A stretch of 64,000 bases of DNA from Eledone cirrhosa (taxonomy: Eukaryota). Within the stretch, counting starts at the first letter, position 1. The number at the start of each line of letters is the position of its first letter. This document shows, in pieces, positions 39,914 through 52,769 of this stretch. Both the position numbers and the translations under genes were made by a program. Where the stretch lies: assembly GCA_964016885.1 (NCBI GenBank), contig OZ024765.1:16740001-16804000 (forward strand), written 5' to 3'. The notes beneath the pieces are model-generated. The model saw only the letters and a list, made by a program, of their open reading frames with translations, was not told the DNA's origin and searched no databases.

Positions 39914-40647
39914 CAGAGAAAGAGAGAAATAAAGAGAGAGAGAAATAAAGAGAGAGAAATAAAGAGAGAAAATAAAGAGAGAGAAATAGACAGATGTATA
40001 GAGAGAAATAGACAGATGTATAGAGAGATAAATAGACAGATGTATAGAGAGATAGGAAAAGAGAAAGAGAGGAAGAGGTAGAAAGAGAGAGAGAGGGGGG
40101 GGGGGAGTTCGATATAGTGACATCATCGATTAGTGAGATGGGTGATAAAACAGTTCTATACACTTTGTTAAATACACATTAATATTGGGGTCAAAAACAT
40201 ACACTTTTCACTTCTCTCCGCATTGATCCATATCGATTTCTTCATTAGTTTATCGACTGCTTTATAGATCTACACATTGATCGAACTATCTATCTATCGA
40301 TCGATCTGCTGGTAGGTTGGACGGTCGGTTGAGAGGAGGGTAGGCTGCGATGGTTGATGATGTGGTTGTGGGAGAGGGAATGAGGGCAGGCAGTTAGGTG
40401 GAGCGTGGTGTTAGCAGTGAGTCTAAAGCAAGCATAAAGAGCATAAGCACGTGTAAGTATGTGTGGGTATGTGTATATGTGTGGGTATGTGTATATGTGT
40501 GGGTATGTGTATATGTGTGGGTATGTGTATATGTGTGGGTATGTGTATATATGGCTATGTGTATATGTGTGGGTATGTGTATATATATGGGTATGTGTAT
40601 ATATATGGGTATGTGTATATATGGGTGTGTAAGGATGGATGGATGGA

Positions 40648-40702
<55 letters not shown>

Positions 40703-40746
40703 CGAAGGAAATGTGGTAAGGAACCAGATGGACCATAATGTGGACC

Positions 40747-40812
<66 letters not shown>

Positions 40813-40906
40813 CCTTGCAAGCAGGGAAAAGCGGACGTAAAATGATGATGATGATATATATATATATATACACATTCATACAAATATACACATGAAATCT
40901 ATGTAA

Positions 40907-40972
<66 letters not shown>

Positions 40973-40996
40973 GACAAATATGTGTCCATGCTTATG

Positions 40997-41047
<51 letters not shown>

Positions 41048-41393
41048 GTATATATATATAAGTATGCATATAAATACATATATATATACACACACACAAC
41101 AAAATATGTATCCATGATTATATATATATATATATATATATGTATATACAGGGCATATATGTGTGTGTGTGTGTGTATATGTGTGTTTATTTGTCTTTGT
41201 AAGAATCTCATATAGTTTTGACAACATTGTGTCCAAACTGTAATGAAATGCCTAGTTCTCCAGTCGTCTAGAATTATCTGTAAGCACGGCTGTCTAGCTT
41301 TCCATCACCTCCCCCATCCTTCCTCACTTTATGTATGACATATGCACACAAAAGTGTGTGTGTGTGTGTGTGTGATATATATATATATATATA

Positions 41394-41573
41394 TCATCAT
41401 ACGTCCGCTTTACCCTGCTTGCAAGGATGTGTGTGTGTGTGTGTGTGTGTCTGTGTGTCTGTGTCTGTGTGTGTGTGTGTGTGTCTGTGTCTGTGCGTGT
41501 GTGTGTGTCTGTGTCTGTGTGTGTCTGTGTGTGTCTGTGTGTGTCTGTGTGTGTGTGTCTGTGTCTGTGTGTG

Positions 41574-41617
<44 letters not shown>

Positions 41618-41892
41618 CTATCATCATCATCATACGTCCGCTTTTCCCTGCTTGCAAGGATGGGATGGATATATATATGTGTGTGTGTGTGTGTTATATA
41701 TATATATATATATATTTATATCTATCATCATCATCATCATACGTCCGCTTTTCCCTGCTTGCAAGGATGGGATGGATATATATATGTGTGTGTGTGTGTG
41801 TTATATATATATATATATATATTTATATCTATCATCATCATCATCATACGTCCGCTTTTCCCTGCTTGCAAGGATGGGATGGATATATATAT

Positions 41893-41937
<45 letters not shown>

Positions 41938-42020
41938 ATATATATATATATATATATTTATATCTATCATCATCATCATCATACGTCCGCTTTTCCCTGC
42001 TTGCAAGGATGGGATGGATA
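41394..42020 (-). repeat. Five tandem RTE 3' tips embedded in TA/TG microsatellites
   Basis: catcatcatacgtccgcttttccctgcttgcaagga at about 41395, 41625, 41732, 41838 and 41973. An opposite-orientation copy is at 40811-40854. Confidence 0.88.
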
Positions 42021-42040
42021 TATATATGTATGTGTATGTG

Positions 42041-42191
<151 letters not shown>

Positions 42192-42323
42192 CATATTCAT
42201 GAACATAAATATAATATATTTCTGTTCTCTTCCTGATTCAACAGTTTTTCCTTTTCCCTTTCCACACCTACGGATATTGCTATATACACACGTATGTGTG
42301 TGTATATATATATATATATATAC

Positions 42324-42550
42324 ATAGGAACGAGTAGGACCCCAACGGCTGAGCTCAAGCCGTTTCGACGGCTAATTCTGGACTAAAATCATTCGGACTA
42401 AAAACATTTTAGTCCAGAATTAGCCGTCGAAACGGCTTGAGCTCAGCCGTCGGGGTCCTACTCGTTCCTATTACCCACTCTACTACCCTAAGTATTGAGT
42501 ACTTTGGTGCGTTATGGTCCACCTGGTTCCTTGCCACATTCCCTTCGTTA
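42324..42550 (+). mobile_element. 'Palindrome + tail' element carrying a hammerhead 3' half
   Basis: Near-perfect IR 42324-42471. The right arm has GAAA cggct[tgagctc]agccg TC gggg. The ~80-bp tail is shared with 59760-59842, 40701-40740, 15395-15470 and loosely 26988-27065. Confidence 0.85.
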
Positions 42551-42626
42551 TATATACATATATATATCATCATCGTTTAGTGTCCATTTTCCATGCTAGC
42601 ATGGGTATATACCACCACCATCATCA

Positions 42627-43800
42627 TCATCATCGTTTAACGTCTATCTTCCACGCTAGCATGGGTTAGACGGGAATTGTCTCACTTGAGGCAAGATTGG
42701 TCAGATGACCGTGTCTCGCTCATATAGGCCTATCTGGCAGGTTTTCTACAGATGGATGCCCTTCCTAACACCAACCACATTTACAGTGTGGTTTGGGAGC
42801 CTTTTTACCGTGTCACCTACACCAGTGCTACTCAAAGTGGTGGTCCGCGGACCGGTGCCAGTACGCGGCCAGTGTCCAGCCCATGCTAAGGAAGCATTTG
42901 AGGAATTTTTTTAATTACTTTTTTATATGTTTTGATATTGTATTATTTGTTTACTAAATAAATAGAAGATTAAAAAAATTGTCAACTATTATTATATTCA
43001 TTCTATATATATCGTATTATTATAGATTGGCAGTATCGGTAGAGGGTCGGACACCATGCTTTCCAGCATAGTTACGTCTCTTTACGATCTGAGTTCAAAT
43101 CCCGCCGAGGTTGCCTTTGCCTTTCATCCTTACGGGGTCGATAAAATAAAGTACCAGTAATGCACTGGTTAATTGCTGGCCTTGTGCCTAAAGTAGAAAC
43201 AATTATATATATATATATATATATATATATCGTAGGCGGTGAATTGGCAGTATCAGGAGAGGGTTGGACGCCATGCTTTCTAGCACAGTTACGTCCCTTT
43301 ACAGTCTGAGTTCAAATCCCGCCGAGGTTAACTTTGCCTTTCATCCTTACGGGGTCGATAAAATAAAGTACCAGTAATGCACTGGGTAATTGCTGGCCTT
43401 GTGCCAAATAGTAGAAACAATTATATATATATCGTTTCCGGTATAAATTAATATTTGTTTCTACTTTAGGCACAAGGCCAGCAATAACCCAGTGCATTAC
43501 TGGTACTTTATTTTATCGACCCCGTAGGATGAAAGGCAAAGTCAACCTCGGCGGGATTTGAACTCAGATCGTAAAGGGACGTAACTATGCTGGAAAGCAT
43601 GGCGTCCGACCCTCTACCGATACTGCCAAATTAATATTAATATTAACAAGAAATATTAGCGGGACGTGGCACATTGAAAAAAGAAAATGCCGGTCCGCCA
43701 CATCAGATAGTTTGAGAAGCACTGACCTACACGACTACTCTACAGTGTGGACTGGGAGCTTTTTGTTGTGACACCTACACAACCTCTTTAGTTTGGACTG
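42627..43800 (-). mobile_element. SINE/RTE 3' module interrupted by a hAT MITE
   Basis: catcatcgtttaacgtctatcttccacgctagcatgggttagacg...gatgcccttcctaacaccaacc, which resumes after 43732. Confidence 0.8.
42823..43724. mobile_element. hAT (Charlie/Buster-type) MITE with three nested family A SINEs
   Basis: TIRs cagtgctactcaaa / tttgagaagcactg. Exact 8-bp TSD acctacac (42815-22 and 43725-32) with central TA. SINEs at about 43026-43205(+), 43233-43422(+) and 43455-43629(-). Confidence 0.92.
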
Positions 43801-44094
43801 GATGTTGTGGTACCAACATAACTTTACAGATAAAGGGCGGTGTTGGTGGGAGTTGGAAGATGGAGTAGAGGTTGTGGGTTGGGGGGTGTATATTTGGTTA
43901 AGAGGTACCTACTGACTGTAGGTTTAACTTGGTACATAAGGGAAGGCGGACACAGAGACACACATGCATATTGATAGTCTGTGGTATGAGGACCAGCAAA
44001 TGTACAGATCAGATCAGAGCAGCACTTCAGCAGCACTTGAAACCTGATATGATGCAGCTTGGATAATAGTGAAGTCGAGGATCGACCATGAGCT

Positions 44095-45115
44095 CAGCTG
44101 GTTTTGGCTAGTTACCTCTGCTTCACTACATAATACAGTCTTATAGGAGCGAGACACGGTCACCCGACGAAGCACAGCTGGTTTTGGCTAGTTACCTCTA
44201 CTTCACTACATAATACAGTCTTATAGGAGCAAGACATGGTCACCCGACGAAGCACAGCTGGTGTTGGCTAGTTACCTCTGCTTCACTACATAATACAGTC
44301 TTATAGGAGCAAGACACGGTCACCCGACGAAGCACAGCTGGTGTTGGCTAGTTACCTCTGCTTCACTACATAATACAGTCCTATAGGAGCAAGACATGGT
44401 CACCCGACCAAGCACAGCTGGTTTTGGCTAGTTACCTCTACTCCACTACATAATACAGTCTTATACGAGCGAGACACGGTCACCCGACCAAGCACAGCTG
44501 GTTTTGGCTAGTTACCTCTGCTTCACTACATAATACAGTCCTATAGTTGCGAGACACGGTCACCCGACCAAGCACAGCTGGTTTTGGCTAGTTACCTCTG
44601 CTTCACTACATAATACAATCCTATAGTTGCGAGACACGGTCACCCGACCAAGCACAGCTGGTTTTGGCTAGTTACCTCTACTTCACTACATAATACAGTC
44701 TTATAGGAGCAAGACATGGTCACCCGACGAAGCACAGCTGGTGTTGGCTAGTTACCTCTGCTTCACTACATAATACAGTCTTATAGGAGCAAGACACGGT
44801 CACCCGACGAAGCACAGCTGGTGTTGGCTAGTTACCTCTGCTTCACTACATAATACAGTCCTATAGTTGCAAGACATGGTCACCCGACCAAGCACAGCTG
44901 GTTTTGGCTAGTTACCTCTACTTCACTAAATAATACAGTCTTATACGAGCGAGACATGGTCACCCGACGAAGCACAGCTGGTTTTGGCTAGTTACCTCTA
45001 CTTCACTACATAATACAGTCTTATACGAGCGAGACAAGCACAGCTGGTTTTGGCTAGTTACCTCTACTTCACTACATAATACAGTCCTATAAGAGCAAGA
45101 CACGGTCACCCGACC
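44095..45115 (+). repeat. 80-bp minisatellite, about 12.7 units, partly SINE-derived
   Basis: cagctggttttggctagttacctctacttcactacataatacagtcttataggagcaagacatggtcacccgacgaagca. The array ends in a SINE tail at 45130-45172. Confidence 0.95.
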
Positions 45116-45252
45116 ATACAAATGAGACAAACCCATTTAACCCATGGAAGATGGACATTAAACGATGATGATATAAAATTAAAATCTCCAGTTAAAAATA
45201 CTCAGTAATCCCCTACAATCAAATAAGCTCAAGGAACAAATTCCGAGCTCTT

Positions 45253-45461
45253 TATATAACAGTATGGAGAGAAATACACATAAATGTAAGCGTTCGACTG
45301 TAGGGGATATAAAACCACCAGAGTTATGAACCGATTAACTATGGCTGGAACGCTGAATAGAAATTAATTAACAGAAGACATCAATGTATACAAACCAACC
45401 ATTATAATTATAAACATAAACATATATTTATGTGTATTTCTCTCCTTACATGTTTTATATA
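45253..45461. repeat. Short-arm inverted repeat
   Basis: ggagagaaatacacataaat / atttatgtgtatttctctcc. Confidence 0.75.
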
Positions 45462-45704
45462 CACAAATATATATATATATATATATAGTGACGAAACATA
45501 AGTCAATTGCATGAACTCATAATCCTTTATTTACTGCTATATATAGAGGGGAGAGATGGGGAGAAGGGAGAGAGGGGGAGAGATGGGGAGAAGGGAGAGA
45601 GGGGGAGAGAGGGGAGATGGGGAGATGGGGAGAAAGGGGAGATGGGGAGAGAGGGGAGATGGGGAGGGGATATATGGAGGGAGGGAGATATGGAGAGAGA
45701 GAGA

Positions 45705-45920
45705 GTTAATTTATCTGGCAATCAATGTTTAGCATTGATTGACCAACAGTTAAAAATATAGATATAAATATAGATAGTCTGTCAAAGTTCTTTCATCACA
45801 CACATGTGACATTATCAGTCGTACTATTATGTTTCCTCCCGGAAATAAATATATATATTTATATCTAGATTTTTAACCGCTGGTCAATCAATGATAAACA
45901 TTGATTCCCAGATAAATTAA
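45705..45920. repeat. Inverted repeat, ~65-bp arms
   Basis: ttaatttatctggcaatcaatgtttagcattgattgaccaacagttaaaaatatagatataaatata / tatatttatatctagatttttaaccgctggtcaatcaatgataaacattgattcccagataaattaa. Confidence 0.9.
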
Positions 45921-46021
45921 TTATGGAGATATAAAAGATACAGAAGCGAAAACCAATCCAATCCAAACAGTGAGAGTGTTTTGTTATTTCTGGCAATATT
46001 ATAACAATAATAATAATAATA

Positions 46022-46055
<34 letters not shown>

Positions 46056-46059
46056 CGAT

Positions 46060-46292
46060 ATTAAATAAATGGAAACTATATTTATAAAACCATATTTATT
46101 TCATTATATATATTTCAGGGATATCATATTAACAATATGTTATGCCTTCTTCAGACAAAATACAATATAGACAGTTTTATAGATAAACAGATTTATAGAC
46201 AAATAAATATACTCCAAATACTTGTTGAGTGCTTTTATATCAGTTATAAATATTTACTAGTTGTAACCCAACAATTTAAATATAACTTTCCA
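46060..46292 (-). mobile_element. Hammerhead-bearing element, copy 2
   Basis: Homologous to 37312-37545 and flanked by (TA)n on both sides. Confidence 0.8.
46097..46162 (-). ncRNA. Minimal type I hammerhead ribozyme, canonical core
   Basis: tattttgt CTGAAGA aggcataacatatt[gtt]aatatgatatccct GAAA tatata TA atgaaata. Confidence 0.8.
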
Positions 46293-46449
46293 TATATATA
46301 TATATATATATAAGAGAGTGTACAGGTTTGTTTATTTACGTCTGCTTTCCTTTTCTTCCCCCTTCTACTGCCACTGGATTTCATCGCCAGAAGATTTACC
46401 CATTTGCACTGTAGAGGCTTCCAAACTGACTATTTATTTATATATATAG

Positions 46450-47522
46450 GAGAAGGGTGGAGGGTGTAGTGGGTGGGAGAGGGGGTGGAGGGTGTAGTGG
46501 GTGGGTGGAGGGTGTAGTGGGTGGGAGAGGGGTGGAGAGTTTAGAAGATGGAGGAGGGGGTGGAAGAGGGGTGAAGGGTTTAGTGGGTGTAAGAGGGGGT
46601 GTAAGAGGGGGGTGTAAGAGGGGCAGGAGGGTTTAGTGGGTGGAGGAGTGGGTGGAGGAGAGGGAGGGAGAGGGGGAGTAGGGTGTAGGACTGGAGGGTT
46701 TAGTGTTTGCAGGAGTGGGAGGAGGAGGGAGATGGGGAGGAGGGTTTAATGGGTGGAGGGGGTGGAATAGGAGGAGGGAGGTTTAGTGGGTGGAAGAGGG
46801 GGAGGATGTTTAGTGGGTGGAAGAGGGGGAGGATGTTTAGTGGGTGGAAGAGGGGGAGGAGGGTGGAAGGTTTAGTGGGTGGAAGATGGGTGGAGGGTTT
46901 AGTAGGTGGAGGGTTTATTAGGTGGAGGAAAGAGAGGGAGAGGGGGAGGTGGGTGGAGGGGTGGAGGGTTTAGTGCGTGCAGGAGGGGGTGGAGGAGGGG
47001 AGGGAGGGAAAGGTTTGGGGGTGAGGGGGATTTGGGGGAAGAGGGGAGGGAGGTTTAGTGGGTGGAAGAGTGGGTGGAGGGTGGAAGGTTTAGTGGGTGG
47101 AGGGTTTAGTAGGTGGAGGAGAGGGATGGAGAGGGGGAGGAGGGTGTAGGGGTGGAGGGTTTAGTGTGTGCAGGAGTGGGTGGAGGAGGGGGGGGGGGGT
47201 TAGTAGGAGGAAGGGTTTAGTGCGTGGAAGTGGCGGTGGGGGTTAGTCGGTGGAAGAGGGGAAGGAGGGTTTAGTGGGTGGAAGAAGGGGAGGAGGGTGG
47301 AAGGTTTAGTGGGTGGAATAGGGGGAGGAGGGTGGAAGGTTTAGTGGGTGAAAGAGGGGTGGAGGGTTTAGTGGGTGGAGGAGTGGAAGACGAGGAGGAG
47401 GGTTTAGTGGGTGCAAGAGGGGGAGGATAGTGTAGTGTGTGGGTGTAAGAGGGGTGGGAGAGTTTAGTGGGTGTAAGAGGGTGGTTTAGTGGGTGGTAAA
47501 GGTGGTGGTGGGAGGGGGGGGG
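46450..47522 (+). repeat. G-rich minisatellite (ggagggtttagtgggtggaagagggg)
   Basis: Direct inspection, with many G3+ runs. Confidence 0.9.
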
Positions 47523-47637
47523 GATAAGAAGCTGGAGAAGAGGAAAACAGAAATTTTATTTGGTGGGTACTAGATGTATATGTACACACACACAAACACT
47601 GTGTGTGTATATATATACACACACACACATCTCTCTA

Positions 47638-47734
<97 letters not shown>

Positions 47735-48040
47735 TAGATAAACAGAGACAGATAGACATGTATGTAGCGCTGTAGATTGATAGATAGATGTATAAATATA
47801 TATATATAGAGAGGGAGAGGGAGAGGGGGGGAGAGGGGGGGAGAGAGGGAGGGGGAGAGAGAGAGGGGGAGAGAGAGGGAGAGAGAGATAGCAAGATACA
47901 CTGACAATATAGCCCCTGTGGAATATTTATAGAGTATGTATATATATACTTCTACAGGTAAGTCTTGTATAAATGTGTGTATATGTGTCCATATATATAT
48001 ATATATAGACACATATACATATATATATGTGTGTGTGTGT

Positions 48041-48080
<40 letters not shown>

Positions 48081-48094
48081 ATATATAGATATAT

Positions 48095-48151
<57 letters not shown>

Positions 48152-48280
48152 CATATATACATATATACATATATACACACATATATATATATATATATAT
48201 ACACACATACATATATACATACATATATATATATATATATACACATACATATATATATATACACATACATATATACATAC

Positions 48281-48311
<31 letters not shown>

Positions 48312-48313
48312 TG

Positions 48314-48351
<38 letters not shown>

Positions 48352-49179
48352 CATACAAAAACAGCGAAAGAGAGAGAGAGAGAGTGGGAGAAAGAGTGAG
48401 AGAGAAAAGGAGAGAGAAAAGGAGAAAGAGAAGGAGAAAGAAAGAGAAGGAGAAAGAGAGAGTGGAAGAGAGAGACATAAGTAAATAGATATACAGTTAG
48501 ATAGATATACAGTTAGATAGATATACAGTTAGATAGATATACAGTTAGATAGATATACAGTGAGATAGATATACAGTTAGATAGACCATGAAGTAGCTGG
48601 CACCACCATTTTGTTAGAGAACTTTCTAACACGGCTTAATCCCTGGAAATTTCCTGTAATGCGGATATTTTGGAAAAAGTAGAATGAGAATAATCCGCTT
48701 AAGATCAGATAAAGGAATTAAGCTGATATGGGGTATTATTAATATAATTATTATTGTTAGTATTAGTAGTATTATTAATGATATATGTATGTATGTATAT
48801 AGATGTGTATATGCAAAATGTATGCCTCCAGTTTAAATGCAGATCTATATATATTTTACATAGATTTTTAGTGTTTGATGTGTATATTCATATTTACGTT
48901 TATGTTTATATATACATATATATATACACACACACATATATACATATATATATACACACATATATACATATATATACACACACACATATATATACATATA
49001 TACACACACACACATATATACATATACATATATATACACACACACATGTATATATCTATATACACACACATATATATACACATATATATATATATATATA
49101 TACATATATACACATATATATATATATACACATATATATATACACATATACACATATATATATATATACACATATACAC

Positions 49180-49210
<31 letters not shown>

Positions 49211-49493
49211 TATATATATATATACACATATACACACATATATATATATATATACACATATACATATATATATATATACACATATACACATATATATATA
49301 CACATATATATATATATACACATATACACATATATATATACACATACATATATATATATATACACATATATATATATATATACATATATACACATATATA
49401 TACATATACATATATATATACATATATGTATACACACATAAATATATACATATATATATACACAGATATATATATACATATACATATATATAT

Positions 49494-49592
<99 letters not shown>

Positions 49593-49647
49593 TATATATA
49601 TATACATATATATACACACATATATATATACACATATATATATACAC

Positions 49648-49982
49648 AAACGTGCTCAGCCCACCCTCTAAAGTGGTCGTGCTGGTGACATGACAAACGT
49701 GCTCAGCCCTGCCCACCCTGTAAAGTGGTCGTGCTGGTGAAATGACAAAAATGCCCAGCTCACCCTATAAAGTAGTTCTGCTGGTGACATAAGAAAAAGC
49801 ACAGTCTACACTGTAAAGAGGTTGTGTTGGTGACATGATGAACGTGCACAGCCCACCCTGTAAAGTGGTCATGTAGGTGACACGATAAAAAGCACCCACT
49901 TTACACTGTAAAGCAGTCATGTTGGTGACATGACAAAAGCACCCAGTCTACCCTGTAAATCTAGTTGGTGTTAGGAAGGGCA
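49648..49982 (+). repeat. ~48-bp tandem units of the SINE/LINE 3'UTR module
   Basis: aaaagcacccagtctacactgtaaagtggtcgtgctggtgacatgac-like units ending in ttaggaagggcat. Confidence 0.75.
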
Positions 49983-50065
49983 TTGTGTGTATATGTACGT
50001 GCATGTGTGTTGCCCATCATCGTGAGTGTATGTCAGTGTATTATCATCCATATATATGTGTATAT

Positions 50066-50414
50066 GGAGGCACATGGCTTAGTGGTTAGAGCATTGGCCT
50101 TGCAATCGAAAGGTTGTGAGTTCAATTCTTAGACCCGGGTGATGTGTTGTTTCCTTGAGCAAGACACTTTATTTCACATTGCTCCAGTTTACTCAGCTGT
50201 AGAAATGAGATGATGGGGACTGGGTCCATATCATTCCACTGCTAAAGTGGCCGTGGAGGTGCCACGGCAAAAAAGCACCCAGCACTCACTGTAAATGAGG
50301 TTGGTGTTAGGAAGGGCATCCAGCTGTAGAAATCAAGCCAGAATCAGTTCCCGTCCCACCCTTGCAAGCAGGGAAAAAGTGGACGTAAAATGATGATGAT
50401 GATGATGATGATGA
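50066..50414 (+). mobile_element. Full-length SINE family B with RTE 3' end
   Basis: Near-identical to 19952-20351 minus one 48-bp unit. Tail cccgtcccacccttgcaagcagggaaaaagtggacgtaaaa(tga)n. Confidence 0.9.
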
Positions 50415-50426
50415 TACACATTATAT

Positions 50427-50482
<56 letters not shown>

Positions 50483-50978
50483 TTATCTCCATTTAACGTC
50501 TATCTAGCCTGCTATCAAAAGCTGGACATAACTTCAAAGACGGGTCACTACTCAAGCAAAACCTCTGCCCACCAAAAGGGTCAGGGGGCCTGACATACAA
50601 CCACATGCTCTACTGAGTATATTTATATCATGGCACCAATATTACAGATATTGTCACATTTATGGTACAACTAAAGTAACTAGCTGACCCTATATTTGGC
50701 AAGTTTTCTATGCCTTTTGTAGCATCAACCACTTTACAGAGTGTACTGGGTGGTTGTTTATCATGTAGATCCCCAGCATTAGGGACATTATCATATATAT
50801 GGTTCAACTAAAGAGACTTGCTGACCCTATATTTGGCAAGTTTTCTATGGCTGGGTGCCCTTCCTACCATCAACCACTTTACAGAGTGTACCTGGTACAT
50901 TTATCTTGTAGATCAGCAACAGTATAGGGATGCTTGTGGTTTTGGCACAGCTGATGCGTCTTCCAAAAGCCTGTTTAA

Positions 50979-51397
50979 CCCTTTAACATTTACATTACAC
51001 TATATTTACTATTGTATTTCCATAGTAAACACTTTATTTCAAATAATTATCGCACATAATACTGAAGCCATGAGAATTTGATATTTATTTTAAGAACAAT
51101 ACCTCAACATAAGTATGAGAGGCTGATTACAACCAGTTTGAACCGGATATGGCCAGTTTAACCCTTTAGCATTCACATTACTCTAGATATACTATTGTAT
51201 TTTTGTAGTAAACACTTTATCTTATATAATCATCTCACATAATATCGAATCTATGAGATTTTGATGTTATTTATTTTGAGAACAATACCTCAACATCAGT
51301 ATTAATGGCCAGTTACAGCCAGTTTGAACAGAAAGAGGTGAGACATTTCTGGCCAGATATGGCCTGTTTGAATGCTAAAGGGTTAAATGCCAAAGGG
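50979..51397. mobile_element. piggyBac-type MITE with a same-family MITE (51162-51382) nested in it
   Basis: TTAA|ccctttaacatt ... TTAA|ccctttagcatt ... aatgctaaaggg|TTAA atgccaaaggg|TTAA. Confidence 0.85.
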
Positions 51398-51774
51398 TTA
51401 AGCCAGTTTACTACAGAAGCTAAATACTCTTCCTATCACCAATCATTTAACAGAATATCAATTAATCAATATTTATTATTTCAAATGAAATAATAGAACA
51501 ATAGAAATATGTCACGACAAAAAGCACCCAGCACACACTGTAAATATGATTGGCATTAGAAAGGGCTTCCAGGCCAACAGTGTGGGCTTCATATATTGCA
51601 TGATTTAAATGATCTTGTGCTTTCTGTATTGAAGACACAATTAAAACGGTGTACAGGGTTCATTTTTCATGTGAATCACCAACAAGAGGGAGGATGACAT
51701 CTCTTTGACACAGCTGTTGAGTCATCCTGGCCCTTTGTTAAGTGTTCTAAGGCTGGATACCTTTCCTATCACGA

Positions 51775-52077
51775 CAAAAAGCACCCAGCACACATTGTAA
51801 ATGTGGTTGGTTTTAGGAAGGGCATCCAGCTATAGAAAACCAGTCCCAAAACACCCAGCCCATACTGTAAAGTGGACGTGTAAAAGACACAGCAAAAAGC
51901 ACCCAGCACACATTGTAAATGTGGTTGTCATTAGGAAGGGCATCCAGCTATAGAGAACCAGCCAGAAACTCTCCTATATGAGTGAGACATGGTCACCTAA
52001 CCCAACTTGCCGCTAGATGGGACAAAGCTGTCTACCCATGCTAGCGTGGAAGATAGACATTAATCAATGATGATGAT
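51775..52077 (+). mobile_element. SINE 3' module with internal duplication and (GAT)n tail
   Basis: aaaaagcacccagcacacattgtaaatgtggtt...aggaagggcatccagctatag occurs twice, then cccatgctagcgtggaagatagac. Confidence 0.75.
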
Positions 52078-52104
52078 TACATAAACCATATTAAAATAAT
52101 GTCA

Positions 52105-52740
52105 TAATTGTTTCTACGTTAGGCACAAGGCCAGCAATTATCCCAGTGTATTACTGGTACTTTATTTTATCGACCCCGTAAGGATGTAATGGAAAGTTAA
52201 CCTCGGCAGGATTAGAACTTGGATCATAAAGGGCCGTAACTCTATGCTGCAAAGCATGGCGTCCGACCATGTCAAATGCAATAATAATTGTTTCTACTTT
52301 TGGCACAAGGCCAGCAATTATCTCAGTGTATTACTGGTACTTTATTTTATCGACCCCGTAAGGATGTAATGGAAAGTTAACCTCGGCAGGATTAGAACTC
52401 GGATCATAAAGGGCCGTAACTCTATGCTGCAAAGCATGGCGTCCGACCATGTCAATTGCAATAATAATTGTTTCTACTTTTGGCACAAGGCCAGCAATTA
52501 CCCCAGTGTATTACTGGTACTTTATTTTATCGACCCCGTAAGGATGTAATGGAAAGTTAACCTCGGCGGGATTAGAACTCGGATCATAAAGGGCCGTAAC
52601 TCTATGCTGCAAAGCATGGCGTCCGACCATGTCAAATGCAATAATAATTGTATCTCATTTTGGCACAAGGCCAGCAATTATCCCAGTGTATTACTGGTAC
52701 TTTATTTTATCGCCCCCGTAAGGATGAAAGGCAAAGTTAT
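52105..52740 (-). repeat. 3.5 x 180-bp tandem array of SINE family A
   Basis: Near-identical units sharing private variants (ggatgtaatggaaag, gattagaact) at a 180-bp period. Confidence 0.92.
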
Positions 52741-52769
52741 GTCATAATGTCATGATGAAGATAAAATAA

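Noticed and set aside
46450-47522. Interstitial telomere
   Set aside because: The unit is gggtttagtgggtgg, not tandem TTAGGG. It is only a G-rich, G4-prone minisatellite.
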